From the NCBI GenBank assembly GCA_015256915.3, contig CP076101.2, positions 300,001 through 332,000 of the forward strand: a DNA stretch of 32,000 nucleotides. The letters are read 5' to 3'. Made by a program: the position numbers and the translations under genes. Origin of the DNA: Candidatus Saccharimonas sp. (GTDB lineage: Bacteria; Patescibacteriota; Saccharimonadia; Saccharimonadales; Saccharimonadaceae). The notes beneath the pieces were generated by a model. That model had not been told where the DNA came from. It was given only the letters and a program-made list of their open reading frames with translations, and made no database searches. Positions within the stretch are counted from its first letter, which is position 1. Every line of letters starts with the position of its first letter. This document shows positions 31,410 through 32,000 of this stretch, one piece after another.

Positions 31410-32000
31410 ACATTGCAATTTTTTTGGTTGAAATTGATTCATTAGAGATTCGGTTTTGTTTTATAACCCTTCTGTTATCTTTTAACAACTCCAATCTATC
31501 TTTAATTTCTTTTGCTTTTTCTATATTTTCAACTTTAAGATAGAGCGCACCGAGAGTTCGTAAAGTTTGAGGTCTTTCGTCAAGTTCTATAGCCTTTTCT
31601 AGTGCTGAAATCGCCAATTTATCTTTTCCCATTTTTTCAAGAGCTCGGGCGTAAGCAATATATCGAGTCGGCACAGAATCTTCAATTTCTATAGCTTGTT
31701 CAAATGCTAGGGCAGCTTTTTGATAATTCTCGGTTTCAAGATAGATTAAGCCAACGTTATGAAGACTCGATGCGCTACTTTCTAAGCTTTGAGCAATTTC
31801 GAAACATTCAATAGCATCGTCAAACTTCTTTTGGCCCGCATATATTATCCCTAAACGGTTATATGCCGTAGCATTTCTTTCATCAAATCGCAAAATTGTT
31901 AATAAAACTTTCTCTGCTCGCAAATATTTTTTATCAATAATTGCCTCTTGCGCTACACGCCACAGCTTATCAATTTTATTCGCAAAATTATCTGGTAGGG
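31408..32000 (-). CDS. Tetratricopeptide-repeat protein, C-terminal part (gene runs off the right edge)
   Basis: There are repeated TPR-like 34-mers (AYNRLGIIYAGQKKFDDAIECFEIA, LHNVGLIYLETENYQKAALAFEQAIEI, YIAYARALEKMGKDKLAISALEKAIEL). The frame stays open upstream of the track's TTG at 31923 all the way to position 32000. Confidence 0.75.
   Translation of the reverse strand, partial: LPDNFANKIDKLWRVAQEAIIDKKYLRAEKVLLTILRFDERNATAYNRLGIIYAGQKKFDDAIECFEIAQSLESSASSLHNVGLIYLETENYQKAALAFEQAIEIEDSVPTRYIAYARALEKMGKDKLAISALEKAIELDERPQTLRTLGALYLKVENIEKAKEIKDRLELLKDNRRVIKQNRISNESISTKKIAM

Noticed and set aside
1-32000. CRISPR arrays, toxin-antitoxin pairs, retron-like or other defence loci, and rRNA genes.
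   Set aside because: No regularly spaced direct repeats, no reverse-transcriptase or nuclease-like ORFs, and no rRNA-like sequence were seen. The only RNA gene I can support is tRNA-Trp.

Overview
This is an AT-rich (roughly 36% GC by eye), tightly packed bacterial window that uses the standard genetic code. tRNA-Trp has a CCA anticodon, and TAA, TAG and TGA all terminate intact genes. The gene content and architecture look like a reduced CPR/Patescibacteria-type genome: there is no rpmD between rpsE and rplO, many gene junctions are TAATG stop/start overlaps, and intergenic regions are tiny. That placement is inference only.

Left to right the window contains:
- a zero-spacer mnmA / DUF218 / cysteine desulfurase operon (minus strand)
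- a hypothetical membrane protein, diverging from an unannotated 46-aa DnaJ-type zinc-ribbon ORF
- a heterodimeric ABC exporter pair
- a hypothetical gene, then tRNA-Trp
- a YgjP/M48-like metallopeptidase
- a GT4 / GH57 / GH15 alpha-glucan (glycogen-type) operon
- a minus-strand ribosomal protein cluster, rplC to rpsH (13.2-19.5 kb)
- an OmpR-type two-component system, an orphan 105-aa acidic protein, and an ABC-2 transporter (19.7-24.1 kb)
- a second ribosomal block, rplF-rplR-rpsE-rplO (24.2-26.1 kb)
- a membrane glycerophosphodiester phosphodiesterase, a hypothetical gene, a P-type ATPase, and a partial TPR protein

I found no CRISPR array, integrase, transposase or recognisable defence system.

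The main oddities are:
1. A sharply bounded ~2.8 kb block (about 14.95-17.74 kb) where eight essential r-protein genes carry dense indels plus at least one nonsense codon, while everything around it is pristine.
2. The normally invariant S10-spc gene order is broken and permuted. rpsJ, rpmC and secY are missing from their canonical positions.
3. The palindrome TTCGAA occurs about 100 times by hand count, against roughly 10 expected from composition. It appears in all reading frames and in intergenic DNA.
4. A recurring extended -10 promoter sits 6-7 nt upstream of an ATG, which implies leaderless mRNAs.
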